A stretch of 64,000 bases of DNA from Isurus oxyrinchus. Taxonomy: Eukaryota. The DNA lies in NCBI GenBank assembly GCA_026770705.1, contig JANJGN010000026.1, positions 620,001 to 684,000 on the forward strand. Reading direction: 5' to 3'. Of this stretch, positions 24,856 to 38,209 are shown in pieces. The number at the start of each line of letters is the position of its first letter. The first letter of the stretch is position 1. The notes under the pieces were generated by a model. It saw only the letters and a program-made list of their open reading frames with translations, was not told the DNA's origin and did not search any database. The translations under genes and the position numbers were made by a program.

Positions 24856-27689
24856 TTAATGCCCACCTCAAAGTGCCCCAAGCCTGTGTGATCCCCGCCT
24901 CACTGGTCCTATCTGCCATGTTAACCAAACGGTTGCAGCAGACTGTTCCCTTTCATAGGCTGAACCACACATCAATGTTCCCTTCCCCAGATGTATATCG
25001 CCACTTCCACAGTCCAATCCACACTGCTGCACCGTCACCAATACTGTACCAAACTGATCCACTGCCCGACCTCACAGGTCCCTCTCCCGACAGAGTAACG
25101 CTGCCCCACCACCCTAACCCGTGCTCCAGACCGCCCCAACTCACCAGTTCCCTGATTCAGGCAGTGCATACTACCCCAGCTTACTCAGCCTCATAACACA
25201 AATGACACCGCCTTGGCTCACTAATGTCTCTTGTATACTGAAACACAGCCGCACATCAAATGTCTCTGCCCCAGCTTGAACCACCAGGAAGATCTCTGTC
25301 CCAGGCAGCAGATAAGACTCTCTACCTCAGCAGCCCCTGCCCTTGACTGGAGCAGATTTTTTTCACATCACCAGCCCAGACTAGACCGCACTGTATCACC
25401 TCACCAGTCCCTGTCCCAGGATATCACAAACACTCCATCACATTGGTCACTGTGTTTGACTGAACTCGACTTCCTCAAATCACCAGTTGCTGTCCTAGTG
25501 TGAACAACATGGCCAAATCTCACGGGCGCCTGCAGTAGATTTGAGCAACTTACCGGTCGATGGGCCAGGAAGTAACATCCACTGCCCAGCTGCCCAAAAC
25601 GTAAAGGCAGTTCTGATGTGCTGGAAAGACGACATTTAGCCTCCATCCCCGGTAACCCAGCAAAAAGCGGTGCCGAGGGAAGCGGGATACAATGCTGTGA
25701 CCCCATTCAATAGGACCTAAGATTCAGTTGGATACATTTTATTGGAGACACATAGGGGAGAGACTGAGTAGGGAACATCCTTTCAGATCACTGCAGACAA
25801 TTGACCAACTGACTGTTACTAGTCACAGATGTTTTCCTTTTAAATATTTTACCAGTGCAGAACTACACTTTTCCAGAATAATTTACTTGACCTTTTCAAA
25901 TGTGTGTCATATAATTTGTCCTAGCTGTATCCGAATTTTTCTTCCCCGATATTAATAACGTGTACAACACGGATTCTGTTACAATTTAATAGCGTCCTCA
26001 TTTTCAAGCGTTAACTGAGTTCACCGCTAATTATCTTCTGTAATGAGGTTGTTGCATTGCTGTGATAGTGCATTGTGAAGGTGCAAATCCGTCACTTTTC
26101 AGTTATAATGTTTCTCCAAATACTATGATCCTTTGCCCAAACACTATTTTTCAGCCGGTTCTCTCTTTTTTTCAGAACGTTGGCTCCACCAAATTTGAAA
26201 GCCCTGCATGGTTGCTACCGTGAAATGCATTCTTCTCCATTACAGTGTAACTGAGTGTTTAATTGAAGCTTGCCATTCCCAACCCATCGGCACACGCCTC
26301 CCTCACCTGCCTGTAATATTGAGTAACCTTTGCATGCGTCATTCATGGCTCTGAGTGTAATGTCAGTGAGATTCTGCAGTGGCTCCAACCCTCACACCAG
26401 TATCGCAGTCCCGCTTACTTCCGTTCCTTATGCCTGTTATGGACAGAACGGAAATGTTGTCTTTCTTGGGAAGATCTAATTATTTCCTGAAGATACCTTT
26501 CCCTTATAAGGGTTGTAACTTATAACTGGTAAAACTTCAGCGCCTGATTGAACACACACCCCTTTCTGACATTGGGCTTTTCATCGAAACAGTCACCTGG
26601 GAGCAGCACAAACAGAGTGCTGTAGTGCCGCTTGTCTTTGTGATAATTTGTTAAACTGAGGACTAATGCAATGTGGATCTACAATTCTCCATGGTGGAAG
26701 GTTGGAGGTTAATCTTCCCCACCTAATAGAACAAAACAGATTATTCCATAGTAATTCTACACCATTGACTCAAGAGAGATAGTAAATACGCTTGAAGAGG
26801 TTCCTTGAAAACATGTGCATGTGGCAAATTCAGTGATACTGGCATCAGTTCGCCCTGAGAACAAAACACTTAGAATATTATCGACAGTGTTTACATCATC
26901 TGCAGTAACTTCATCCTGATCGTACATTTAATTCTTTCTTCCTGACAGCACCACCGACATTGCTGCCCAGAGTCTGAAGATCACAGAGAACTCTGCACTT
27001 TTCTGGAATGTATTGCCATTCAGTATGATTTCATTCGAGGTGCACAATAGTTTACGGTGAAATGTGAACCTGATGAATGCATAACGCAGTTAATTAGAGG
27101 CAGTGGTGTTGCTGGAGAGTTATACGATTCCAATTGTTGGAGAGAAAGGCGTCCAGTGATGAGTCGAAATCAGATTCGCAACAATTGGTGAGAAGTGGGG
27201 TACGAGGGGTTGGAACAGAGTGTGGCAGTGAGACCACAAGATGTATGCCCCACGGGCCACATTGTCTTGGGCTGATGGCATATTTATATGTTCCGGGGGG
27301 CTGGGAAACGAAAGGAAAACAGAGAAATATATGCTTGCATTGGCATATCGCTTTTCATGACCACCGGCCCCCTCAAAGTTCTCTGCAGGCAATGACGCAC
27401 TTTTGTAGTGCTATGGATGTTGTAATGTTGGAAATGTGCCAAAAAAACAGCAGTTTAATAATGACTGTGTAACCTGACTTTGTCACGTTTATTGAGGGAT
27501 AAATGTGGGCCAGGACAGCGGGGATACCTCTCCTCATCTTCTTTAAAATGGTGTCATGCGATCTTTTAACTTCCCCCGGGATGGCACACGAGGCCTTCAT
27601 TTAATATTTCATCCTAAATATGGCACCTCGGACAGTACATCCTTTGCTCAGCACTCAAATGGAGTGCCAAGCGTTATGTTTGGTTTTGT

Positions 27690-28055
27690 TATTATTTCAC
27701 GGGATATGGGTGCTGCCGGAAAGGCAATCAATTGCTACCCACCCCTCACTTCCCACGAACCGCGTGCTTGCTAAGCCATTGCTGTAGCTCTTGAGTCACA
27801 TGTAGATCAGGCTGGGAAAAATGCCGGGTTTTCTTTCCTGATGGACCTTCGTGAACCAAATGTGTCTTCATGACAATCGATGATAGTTGTCATGGTCACC
27901 ATTCCTAAGTCTAGCTTTCAATTCCTGGTTGTATTAATCGAATTTAAATTCCACCAGGTCCAGGGTGAGATTTCAACCCATATATCAAGAACATTGGCTT
28001 GGGCGTCTGAGTTACTGGTCCAGTGAAATAACCAATATGTCACCATCTCACCATC
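27690..28055 (-). mobile_element. tRNA-derived SINE (related copy also at about 30825-31115, minus)
   Basis: The rc head 'gatggtgacatattggttatttcactggaccagtaactcagacgccc...gggttgaaatctcacc' resembles the 24.6-kb SINE head. Confidence 0.55.
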
Positions 28056-28324
28056 AAGACCTGTGCTCAAGACATGGCTTAGGATATGGAAGGGACACCT
28101 TGTGATCGAGAGGAGAGAGCGCTCCAAACTGAATCATTGTCTGTGAAGCTTTGGAAAAGAGTGTGGCAGTTCCTGGCCCTGCTCAGCATCTTGGAAGGCG
28201 CTTAGGATTGGGCATGTATTTCTCTGCCAAAACAGCACTAACAGCCCGAACACTACTTACCTCGAACTCACAACTATAGAAACACACGAAATATAAATGG
28301 GCGATTTAGCATCCGTGTCGAAAT

Positions 28325-29165
28325 ATTGCAAGCCCTGGAAAATATCCGGGCTTGGGCTGATAAATGGCCCATTGCAATTGTGCCACACAAGTGTCTGACA
28401 ATGTTCATCTACAATAAGAGTGAACCTAACCATCGTTCCGTGGCATTTATTGGCATTGCCATCGCTGAATTCCCCACTATCAACATTCTGGGGTTACCAT
28501 TGACCAGCAATTGAACTGGAGCAGCCATATTAATACTTTCACTACACGGGCGGATCGGAGGCTAGGAACCCTGCGTGAGTAACTCGCCTTCCTGACTCCG
28601 AAAGCCCTTACACCACCTACAAGACACAGGCCAGGAGTGTAATGGAATGTTCCGCCCTTGCCTGGAAGAGTTCAGTTTCGACAACACAAAAGAGGCTTGA
28701 CTGCATGCACAATGAAACAGCCCACTTGATTGGCAAACGATCCACAAACATCCACTCCCTCCAGCACCGCCACACAACAGCAGCAGGGTGTGCTACCTAG
28801 AAGATGCACTGCAGGAACTCACCAAAGTTCCTTCGACAGTACATTCTAAATCCATTACCATTACCATCATGAAGGGCAAGGGCAGCAGGCACATGGGAAC
28901 ACAATCACCTGCGAGTTCCCTTCCAAGTCATTCATCATTCTGACTTGGAAATATATCGCCGCTCCTTCACATTCAATGGGTTAAAATACTGGAACTGCAC
29001 CAACCCCCGACCCCTTCATCCCTAACAGCACGGTGGGATTACCTGCACCATATGGATGCACCGGTTCAAGAAAACAGCTCACCAAAACCTTCTCAATGAC
29101 AATTGCTGATGGGCAATAATTGCTGGCCTACAGAGCGACGCCCACATTTTATGAATGAAAAAAAT
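28325..29165 (+). mobile_element. Decayed non-LTR retrotransposon 3' end (family B)
   Basis: 'LENIRAWADKW...PHKC' RT C-terminal motif (also at about 21960-22140). Ends cgacgcccacattttatgaatgaaaaaaa. Confidence 0.7.
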
Positions 29166-32100
29166 GCATGTTGCCAGGTAATGTTCACCTTTTTGATAAC
29201 AGTTGGTCATTTCATATCAATTGGTCGTGCAAGGACAGATTTTTTTCTCACTCCTGCAGCAACACTAAATGTTGCAAACATCCATGTGTTGGATTTGGGT
29301 TACGGAAACAGACATCCCAGTTTATTAATACTTATTTCCTCAAATATGCTCAATAACGTGTGTGCGAGTCCTTCTCGAATATCTCTACATCCAAAATGAA
29401 AAAAAAACATTTTAGCTACTCAGTGTCGGCAAGATGAATAACTCTATCCACTAGCACTCAACACCAAGTGCAAACAGCACATAGTCATTCCTGTCACAAT
29501 TGTGGTAATGCCACTTCACACTGAGGAGCTCAGGGGTTAAAATCCAACTCCAGAAGCTTCAGCACCTTTTCTAGTCTGACGATCCAGTGCAGTACTGAGG
29601 GATTGAAAACTTTCTGATCAGAAGGAATCTCTTCTCTCAGAGGGTAGCCAATCTTTGCAATTTTGTAACGCAGAGGGCTGTAAAAATTGGGTCTTTAAGT
29701 AAATTTGAGGCTGAGATAGACAGATTTTCAATCAGTAAGGGAATCAAGGGCTATGGGGAAAAGGGAAAGAAGTGAATTTGAGGATTATGAAATCAGCCAT
29801 GATCTCATTGAATGACGGAGCACACTCAAAGGACTGAATGGCCTTTTTCTGCTGCTACTTCGTATGGAAGTGCTGTAAATTCCTATTAGCCCTCGCTGTT
29901 GATTTTTCAGTCCATTGAGTCTGTGCCCACTCTCTATGGAGCAATGCAGTCAGTCTCATTTCTCCCTTTATCCACCTAACCTTAAGTTTAAGTTATTTCA
30001 AGGCCCCATTGAGTTTCCTTTTGAAATCATCATTGGTCTCTGCTTCCAGAACCATTGTGGGCAGTGGGTTCAGGCCCTTTCACTCGCTGCATTACAAACA
30101 CAAGCGGTTCCTATAATTTCCCCTGCGTCTTTTGCCTAAAATCTTGAACTTGTGCCCGATTGTTCCATTCCCATCAAATAATCTGGGAAAGGCCCTGGCC
30201 TGCCTCCTCCAAACGAGCTACAATTTTTCACAATGTTATCCCACCTCCGCTCAATCTTCTATGTGCAAAGAAGAACAAACCCAGTTTCCCCAAACTAACT
30301 TGTAGCTAACATCCTGCCCCCCCCCCCCCCCCCGCCACCACGCACTCTCCCCCCTCCTGATCCCCAGCCCTAAATCCCTACAATCTTCCTGCTAAACCTT
30401 CTCTGCACCCTTTCAAGGACCATGAAATCCTTGCTAAGATGTGAAGGCTAGAACTCGATGCTATACTTTAGTTGTGGCCCAACAAGACCTGTGCAATCTC
30501 CTTGTTTTTGTACACAATGTTTCTCTTTCTGAGTGTCAAGATCCCACTGCTTCACAATTCAGTCTCTCAATAAATTCATGTTACCTGCAAAGGCCAATGC
30601 ACATGCACCCTCAGGACCCTCTGCCCCTGCGCACTATTGAGAACTTCGCCACGGTATTGATATTGCCTTTCCCTACCCCTTCTTCCAAAAAACATCCCCC
30701 CACATTTCCGCTTGAAGCTTTTATCAAATGCTGGGCAGCAATAATTTCAGAATCGACAGGTTGCACACTGTTCTCAACATTAATAACCACTGCACTAATC
30801 TATCTTCCTTTTTCTATTCTTTGATGCGATGTGGGCGCCGCTGGTAAGATTAACGTTTGTTACCCATCCCTAATTGCCCCTGGACTGAAAGTTTTGCTCT
30901 GCAATTTCAGACGGCATTTAAAAGTTAGTCCCTTTACTTTGGGTATGGCGTTACAGGGTCGCAGGCTGCTGACTTTCTAGTCACCATTACTGATTTGTTA
31001 ACTGAATTTAAAGTGCACCAGCTCCTAAGTTGCAATTTGAACCATTGTCCCCAAAGCATAATCCTGAGCCTCTGGTTTATCGGTCAAGTGAGTTTACCAT
31101 TACTGCAGCGCCTATTTCCCCGGCCCACCAAAGTCCATTATATTATGCCATCTCAGTAAGAAATAGGAAGGCATTCCATACTAATTAATAAAAATTCCAT
31201 TCACAGTTTTCCTTATTTGTCACATTCACAGAATAATATAATCATGGAGTTGTAAATCCTCCAAACATGCGTATGCCATTTGGCTCTATCTCTGTCTCTA
31301 AAAGCTATTCAAGAATTCCCACTTATCTCCCCTTTACCGACACCCCTGCAAATATTATTATCTAATTACTTTCTAATTACATGTCCAGTTTTCATTTGAA
31401 TCAATGGTGCACCTGCTTGCATTACCAGTTCAAGCCAAACCACAGCACATTATGTAACAAACATAATTTGTTCTCCTGCTCTCTATTTCTTTGCCGTTTA
31501 TTTTGAATTTGCATTCCAAGGTTGCAGACCCTCTTGCAACTGAAGCACTTAATCTTTTTCGAGCCTATCCAAAGCTCTAAACATTTTGAGCATCTTGATT
31601 ATATCTCCTTATGAGGTTTTTTATAGGAAGAACGGGGAAAGACCTCCCCACAAAACTGAAATCCATAATCGTTGTTAAATTTCAGTTTCGAGACCTTGGT
31701 ATTGTTCCTAAGTTGTAGTACCTGGAATGAAATGCAAAACTGTAGCGGATGCATAATCACTGATTTATTTTAAAAAAGTGGAAAATCTTCTGTGGTCTAT
31801 ATCTTTATTAATAAAACCAAATATCGTTTTTATCCTGTGAACAAACTTCTCAACTTGTGACGGTTCTTTAAATATTTACCTCCGTGAATCCCTGCACCAC
31901 TTCTTCCTGTCCCGTCCTCAAATATTATCCCCGTTCGTTAACCCCTATTCTGTAGCACAACATTCCCCCAAAGCAGCCCCTCAGTAGAAAGTAGCAGTGT
32001 TTGTATCATTAGTCGATTTTGTCATTATTAGTCACCTTCACCTTCTTGGAGATATCAGGCGTGATATTGTTCCATTGCACCTTTCGGTACTTCCTGTTTG

Positions 32101-35100
32101 CCGTCCATCTGTGCGAACCTGCTCCAAATTTACATGGTTCACAAGAAAGCGGCACAGAAATATCAGTGTGAGTTGCAGGTGCTGAAACTACTGAACATTG
32201 GTCTGTTTCGCCCCCAATTTACATATTTTATGTTTTTTTCAATACAAGCAGAAAATCACTAATAAATACTCAGTCGTAAGTTCTGCCTTGCCTTAAGAAA
32301 TGATAGAATTGTTCGCCGATCAACTCAGCTGAAGTGAGATTAATTGATAGACAAATAACAATAGTCGTTAATATATGGGTTTACTTGAGTGTCTTTAAGC
32401 AAATATAGTCATTTTTGATCTAACCATTAGGTGGAAAACGTCATCAGTATGCTGAAGAATTGTGCTCAGTTCCCAGAATGCAAGGTACTGACCCGTAACT
32501 GAGCATGGATGAGCAGCCATCTGGCTCATCTCGGTAAATTGTCATCTAGAGCAGAACAATACAAGGACTGCTATCGATAAGAGATTGAAATAAAAGTCTC
32601 TAATTCTATTGTGCTTATTTATTGCAAATTCTTTGATCGATTTTCCAGTCACAAATATTTCAACCTTCATCAGTCTGTGCTTCCTACTAATCCACTTTTG
32701 GACGCTCGCTGGCTCAACTGTGAACTCGCTGGTTCAGCTCTGAAATGTGTTATGCACTGTTCTCAACTATTTTTCATGAATATATTGCGGAACTGAGAAG
32801 TTTACAGTGTTATTTTTAGTTCCCTCCCCCATAATTGTCAACCTGCTTTGAGAGCAATTTCTGGCTGAGAACTTGTGTGAGGAACTGAATCAATATTCAA
32901 TATTTGGCTTGCAATGTCGACACGTCAGCCATAAACTAAAACGGGCAATAGCTGAGATAACTCCATCCCAGAATAAAGAATGCGGCATAGTACAGCTTGC
33001 GATGCATGACATGGTCTTAAACCGTGTCTATTGCAAGTCAACTGTATTTTAATAAGTTAAATAGTGTGCTGGAGGTTGAAGTGGGGAACACATTATCATC
33101 ACTAGTTGGCAATATGGAAGTGAGGATGTAATGGTGATCACATGCAAGGAAAGAGTCAGTTCCTTGTTTTAGTTCCTTATGATACCAGAACTGGAGGTTA
33201 TTAATGACATCGGGGCGAACCCCGCCTGTGTGTTGCGGTGAACGGCAACGATATTGATTGGCTGAATTCAAGATTGATTTATTTATTGTGATATATTCAT
33301 ATCTGTGCGTTTGTGTATTTATAGATGTGTGTGTGGATTAATTAGAGGTATTTACATAAAAGAACGTACTATAGCATCTTTCACCACTGTATGCCACGTT
33401 AAAACATTTCACAGGCAATCGGAGACTTTTGTAGTCGCTGCAATATAAGATACACGTGTCTAGATAATGTTCACCCCTAAGCAGTTAATTTAAGCGATTG
33501 CATCGCCGTTCATTTGGACTTCCGTTCGTTGATTTGTATTCCTGAAACAACATGTATCAATCAAATGTGCACTGAAATTTGGGCACTGTAAGATTATCCC
33601 CGGGATTAGTATTAATTTGGGCTGTGTTTGTAGCCGGTTCCTTATTTGGTTCACACGTAAATGCTGATTATTTGTGACCATGTGACCGCACATGGAAGCT
33701 GAGTCCTATTATAGTCAGCGGATTTTAGAAAACATGAGGAACATATGCTCTGGATTGATATGGTTGTTGACGTTCGTGTTCAGATTCCAACCACGTCATC
33801 AATGAATTTTAAATCCCAGGCAGACGGTAAGTGGGCTGGGGAACTGTTTTCAAGCGCCTTTTACACAAATGTCAATAAAACATCCCTCCCCAAAGCGAAA
33901 CCTGCAAGAGGTGGGCCGAATTATGGTGGTGAAGTCGGGAAATTTAGACTTAGTGTCAATTTGTAAAAAGGAGGGTATTCATTATGTTAGGCATGCTGCT
34001 GCCAAGTGTGTCAATGTAACTGTTACTCGGGTTAGTAATGGTGAGGCTGATATCATTCAGGCAGGCATCAACCATAAGCAAAAATGAAAGAATCATATTC
34101 TCTTGATTCAACTGCCCTTTGAAATCCCAGAAGACTCTTGCACCATTTACAGATTTTATTTCCACATCCCTACCAGAATACCCTTCCAGGGATTGCTAAT
34201 TCTTAGTCTATACATGTTCTATCAAACATCAATCAGAAACGCGCCATTTACCAGTCTGTGCGTGCATTCAATTGACCTGCACTCAATTTAAATTTGATCT
34301 CCGGCTTCATCTCTTCTATTAAACTCATAGATTTGCCTCATTTATAGGTCAAAGATCTGGACTTTCCTGACGCCTGCTAATATTCTGATCCCCTGACTGT
34401 AGGAATGTCTTCTGTAACGCTGCCCGGCACCATTGCCAGTATTTGGGCCTTACTGTTGTGTCACAAGTACCCGAGTTGAAATCTAGTTTCAAGGCTTGAC
34501 CTGAAATGTTCAAGGTGTCAGGTTGACCCAATAGACTTAGAGGGCTACCCTACCATGGTGGCCGTCTGGATTAGAAAGCATTAAAATATCGAACAAGGCT
34601 TCAATCTCTATCACGTTTCCAGGAATGAGTGTTCACCTTTAGCACCAACCTGGATACAATGGCCTGGGCAACAGAGAGGAGAATGAATCACAATTTTTCA
34701 AAAAAGTTAGGCAAGTTGGAAGAATTTCTCTACCAAAGTGCCAATCTATCCACCCGATTTTCCGCCTTTGGTGACTGAATTATGCCCCCATGATGCGAAG
34801 ATATAAACTCGGCCCCTACTCCCATCCATTTCAGCTTGCCTATCATCCTCAAGGGAGCGCATTCCATTTCATAATCTCAAGGTTAATTGATTGCATTGTA
34901 TTTAACTTGTCGTAGTCCTATCCGGACTGACACCTTAATAGCTAGCCCCCAGTAACCAACTAATTGGATGGTTAAATACATTCCAATACATTTTTTCTGC
35001 GATCTGGGCCATCTTGCATTTCTTTCTGAATTGGGATCGCTTGAATAATGTGGGAAGCTTGACCCCCATCCTTGGGCAACCCACCTTATTTAACACTAAC

Positions 35101-36135
35101 ACCCCTAACTAGAATTGAATACTTACCATCCTTCAGCGAAATGCTACGCCATCTTCACCTTTTATCCTTGATACCAATGGATATTAAACCTTAGGCAGAG
35201 GCAAAGTGGTCTGGCGAATGGTTGTCACCATGCTTTGAATCAGCAGTCAATAATACTTCCCTTCTGCAATATTTTAATCCGCTACTACAGCCTTTGATGC
35301 AGAACCTTATGGAAAGCTTGTTTTGAAACCAGGTGTACTTCATGACCAGGCCGTCCAACATTCACTCTTTGTGCTATATCTTCACAACATGTATTTAGTT
35401 GAGAAGGTCTGCTATGACGGAGGAATCTATTACTAATAACAGTAATGTGGTGCAAAACTGAGTCGAATTTTGCGTTACCATGATCTTGAAAACGGTCATG
35501 AAAAGAGATTTTCATTTTTCAATTCCGAAGTGTTTCTTCATTTCACGGATTCACTCATTATAGCATCTGCAGTAGGTATCTACATATATTCTTGGACTGA
35601 GAATGATTGTTTGTGCAGTGGCCCTCCTTAGAAATGTCTTTCTTTGGGCATCTCCAGCCAGTATAGAGAGCCCCATGGAAATGACAAATTCATCATGATA
35701 GGTTTAAGAGGATATGTAGTAACTTGCATAAATTTTGATGCAGTTCATTTTGTTCTTGGGTCTTGATGAGGAGGCAAAGTGTTGGAAATTTTCAAAATAA
35801 CACGCTTGCCAGCAATGTTAATGCCATTGTATAAAAGGCACAGTGGCAGGCTGGATCCGAAGATGGATAAGTGACAGATAACAGAGAGCAATGATGAATG
35901 ATGTTTTTTTTTCTAACTGGAGGATGGCATTAAGTAGGGTTCTCCAGTAGCAGGTACTAGGAGAACTGATTTCCTTGATACATATTAAGGGCTTGGACTA
36001 GGGTTTGCAAGGAAACAATTTCAAAATTGACGCATTGTTGAAATCCTGGAAGTATTGCAAACTTGTTAGACGGATAGCCAACGATTTGAAGAGGACATGG
36101 GCAGATGGAACTTTAGTCAACGTTGGAGTGATAAA

Positions 36136-36598
36136 AACAAAAATAGCTGGAAAAACTCAGCAGGTCTGACAGCAGAGAGAAGTATAGTTAACGTTTCGAG
36201 TCTGAGTCATCTATCGTTTTATCTCCATCTTTTAGCCAATTTCGAATCCTTCCCCCCACCCCACCCACACTAGGCGCATCTGTCACTTGCTTGTCCTGCT
36301 TTCCATCCTTAATGTCACCATTAGCACATTCCTTAGATACCCCCTCGTCCTTTTGTCTATCACATCTTTGGCAATATCTTTGCCTTCAGCTATCACTTGA
36401 TCCATCTCTATCGGTCCCACACCCCTCAAGCAGCTGATATTCACCTCATTTCTATATTTCCTTAAATCTGAAGAAGGGTCAAACGGACTCGAAATGTTAA
36501 CTGTATTCCTCTCCGCAGAAGCTGTCAGGCCTGATGAGTTTTTCCAGCTATTTTTGTTTTTGTTTCAGTTTTCCAGCATCAGCAGTATTTTGCTTTTA
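36136..36598 (+). mobile_element. Non-autonomous PLE derivative with inverted arms and hammerhead motif; 13-bp TSD
   Basis: Arm 36136-36202 is the reverse complement of about 36486-36560. TSD TTGGAGTGATAAA (36123-36135) / TTGAAGTGATAAA (36599-36611). Confidence 0.8.
36464..36502 (+). ncRNA. Minimal hammerhead ribozyme-like motif with canonical core
   Basis: CTGAAGA-A-GGGTC-AAACG-GACTC-GAAA-TGTT-AACT. The inverted arm keeps the ancestral GAAACGTT. Stem I is weak. Confidence 0.6.
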
Positions 36599-38209
36599 TT
36601 GAAGTGATAAATTTTGGCAGGAAGAACGAGGCAAGGCAATGAATAAATAAGGGCACTTTCCTCCGGGGGATGAAGGCACAGAGGGATCTGTGGCGTATAT
36701 ATGCACAAACCAATGGATGCAACAGAACAAGTTGATAGCTGATCCTGGGCTTCATAATTAGAAGCAAATGATACAAAAACAAGCAGGTTGTCATAAACCT
36801 TTGTAAAAATGTTTGACATTAACTGGAATATTATGCTCAGTTCTGAGCTCCTCACATTCGGAAGGATGTGAAGGCATTCATTAGGGCACAGAAGTGAAGT
36901 TCAGAAACGGTTCCAGGGAAGAGGTGGTTCCATTGCACGGGTGGTTTGGAGAAACTGGGGTTTATCAACTTGGAGAAGGGAAGAACGAGAGCAGAAGTAA
37001 TAAAAATTATGATGTGCCTGGACAGAGCACAAAGCGAGAAACTGTTCCATTGCTGTAAGAATCAAGAACCAGGGGGAAATTATTTAAGGTGAAAAAAGGC
37101 GGCACAAGGGAACGGAAAAAAATAATGTTCTTTCACTCAGCGAGCGGATAGGCTCTGGAATGCCCTGGAGGGAAAAGCATTCATGGCTTCAAAATAAAAT
37201 TGTATCATTATCTGAGAGAGAAACAATGCAGGGTGGAGAATTGGGTCTAGATGAATTCCTGCCGCAGCGAACGGGCATGGGTATGGCGATCAGAATAGCT
37301 TTCTTCCACGCTGTACCCAGTCTCTGGTTGTATGGTTGAAATTAATTTCTCTGTCGATTTCCCAGATGGGCTGAATATGAAGTAAATGCCGGAAGCCTGG
37401 CATGTGGATCGCTGTTTAATATTCAGGGTTTGTACCACTAACTTTCCCACTGCAGGGACTTTATATTCCAAAGGCTATTCCCACTGAAACTTAATTATCT
37501 GAGGATTGGGCAAGAATACCACACGTCTGATCCTTTGGATTGACTTCAAATGTTAAAATGATTGGAATGGATTTCAGAAGAGTGTGATGGATATGTTAAC
37601 AAAGCTGCAAGTTGTTGATATTTTGGAGCAGTTTCATTGATTTATGGACACACTTAAATCTTTACGTGTGGGTTTAAAAGACCAAAGAGTACATTGCGGA
37701 GTATCCTTTACATGAATCAAGTGCAATAATTGTTATCAAATCATTATACAATGATTCCAGTATGACTGTTAGAACCTTGGATATGTGGTAGAATACAAGA
37801 ACACAGAAGTGTGTTATTATAGAAACAAAGTTGATACGTCCAGGAAAGTGTTATTTGATGTTTTTAGCCTGATCCGCAACTCAACATGATCATGGCTGAA
37901 CTTGTATGTTAGCTTCCCCATCCACATCTATCTACCAATTCCTTGATTCTATAATGTAAAATGTCTATCTTCACAAAAAATCATATCCTCAGCTTTTCTT
38001 TATTTGTTCATGGGATTTTGGTGTTGCTGGCGAGGACATTTTTTATTACTCATCCATAATTGTCCTTGACAAAGTGGTGGTGAGCTGCAATCCATGTGGT
38101 ATAATGCACCTACAGTGCTGTCAGGAAAAGATTTCTACCCAAATGAAGCCATATGTGTAGAATTTAAAAACAAAACACGAACACATTTTTTGGAGTGTAC
38201 GATAGGACC

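Larger units (their letters stand above)
35790..37335 (+). mobile_element. Decayed CR1 LINE RT/3' fragment with a PLE-derived insertion
   Basis: RT relics (gcaggctggatcc, aatttcaaaattg, gaagtgataaattttggcaggaagaa) resume after the insertion. Confidence 0.6.

Noticed and set aside
26497-26975. Splice-bounded minus-strand segments (also about 32035-32182)
   Set aside because: Stops or frameshifts, or no recognisable protein family. Cannot be supported without a homology search.
34400-35280. Possible L1-like LINE fragment on the minus strand
   Set aside because: Too decayed to cite a diagnostic motif confidently.
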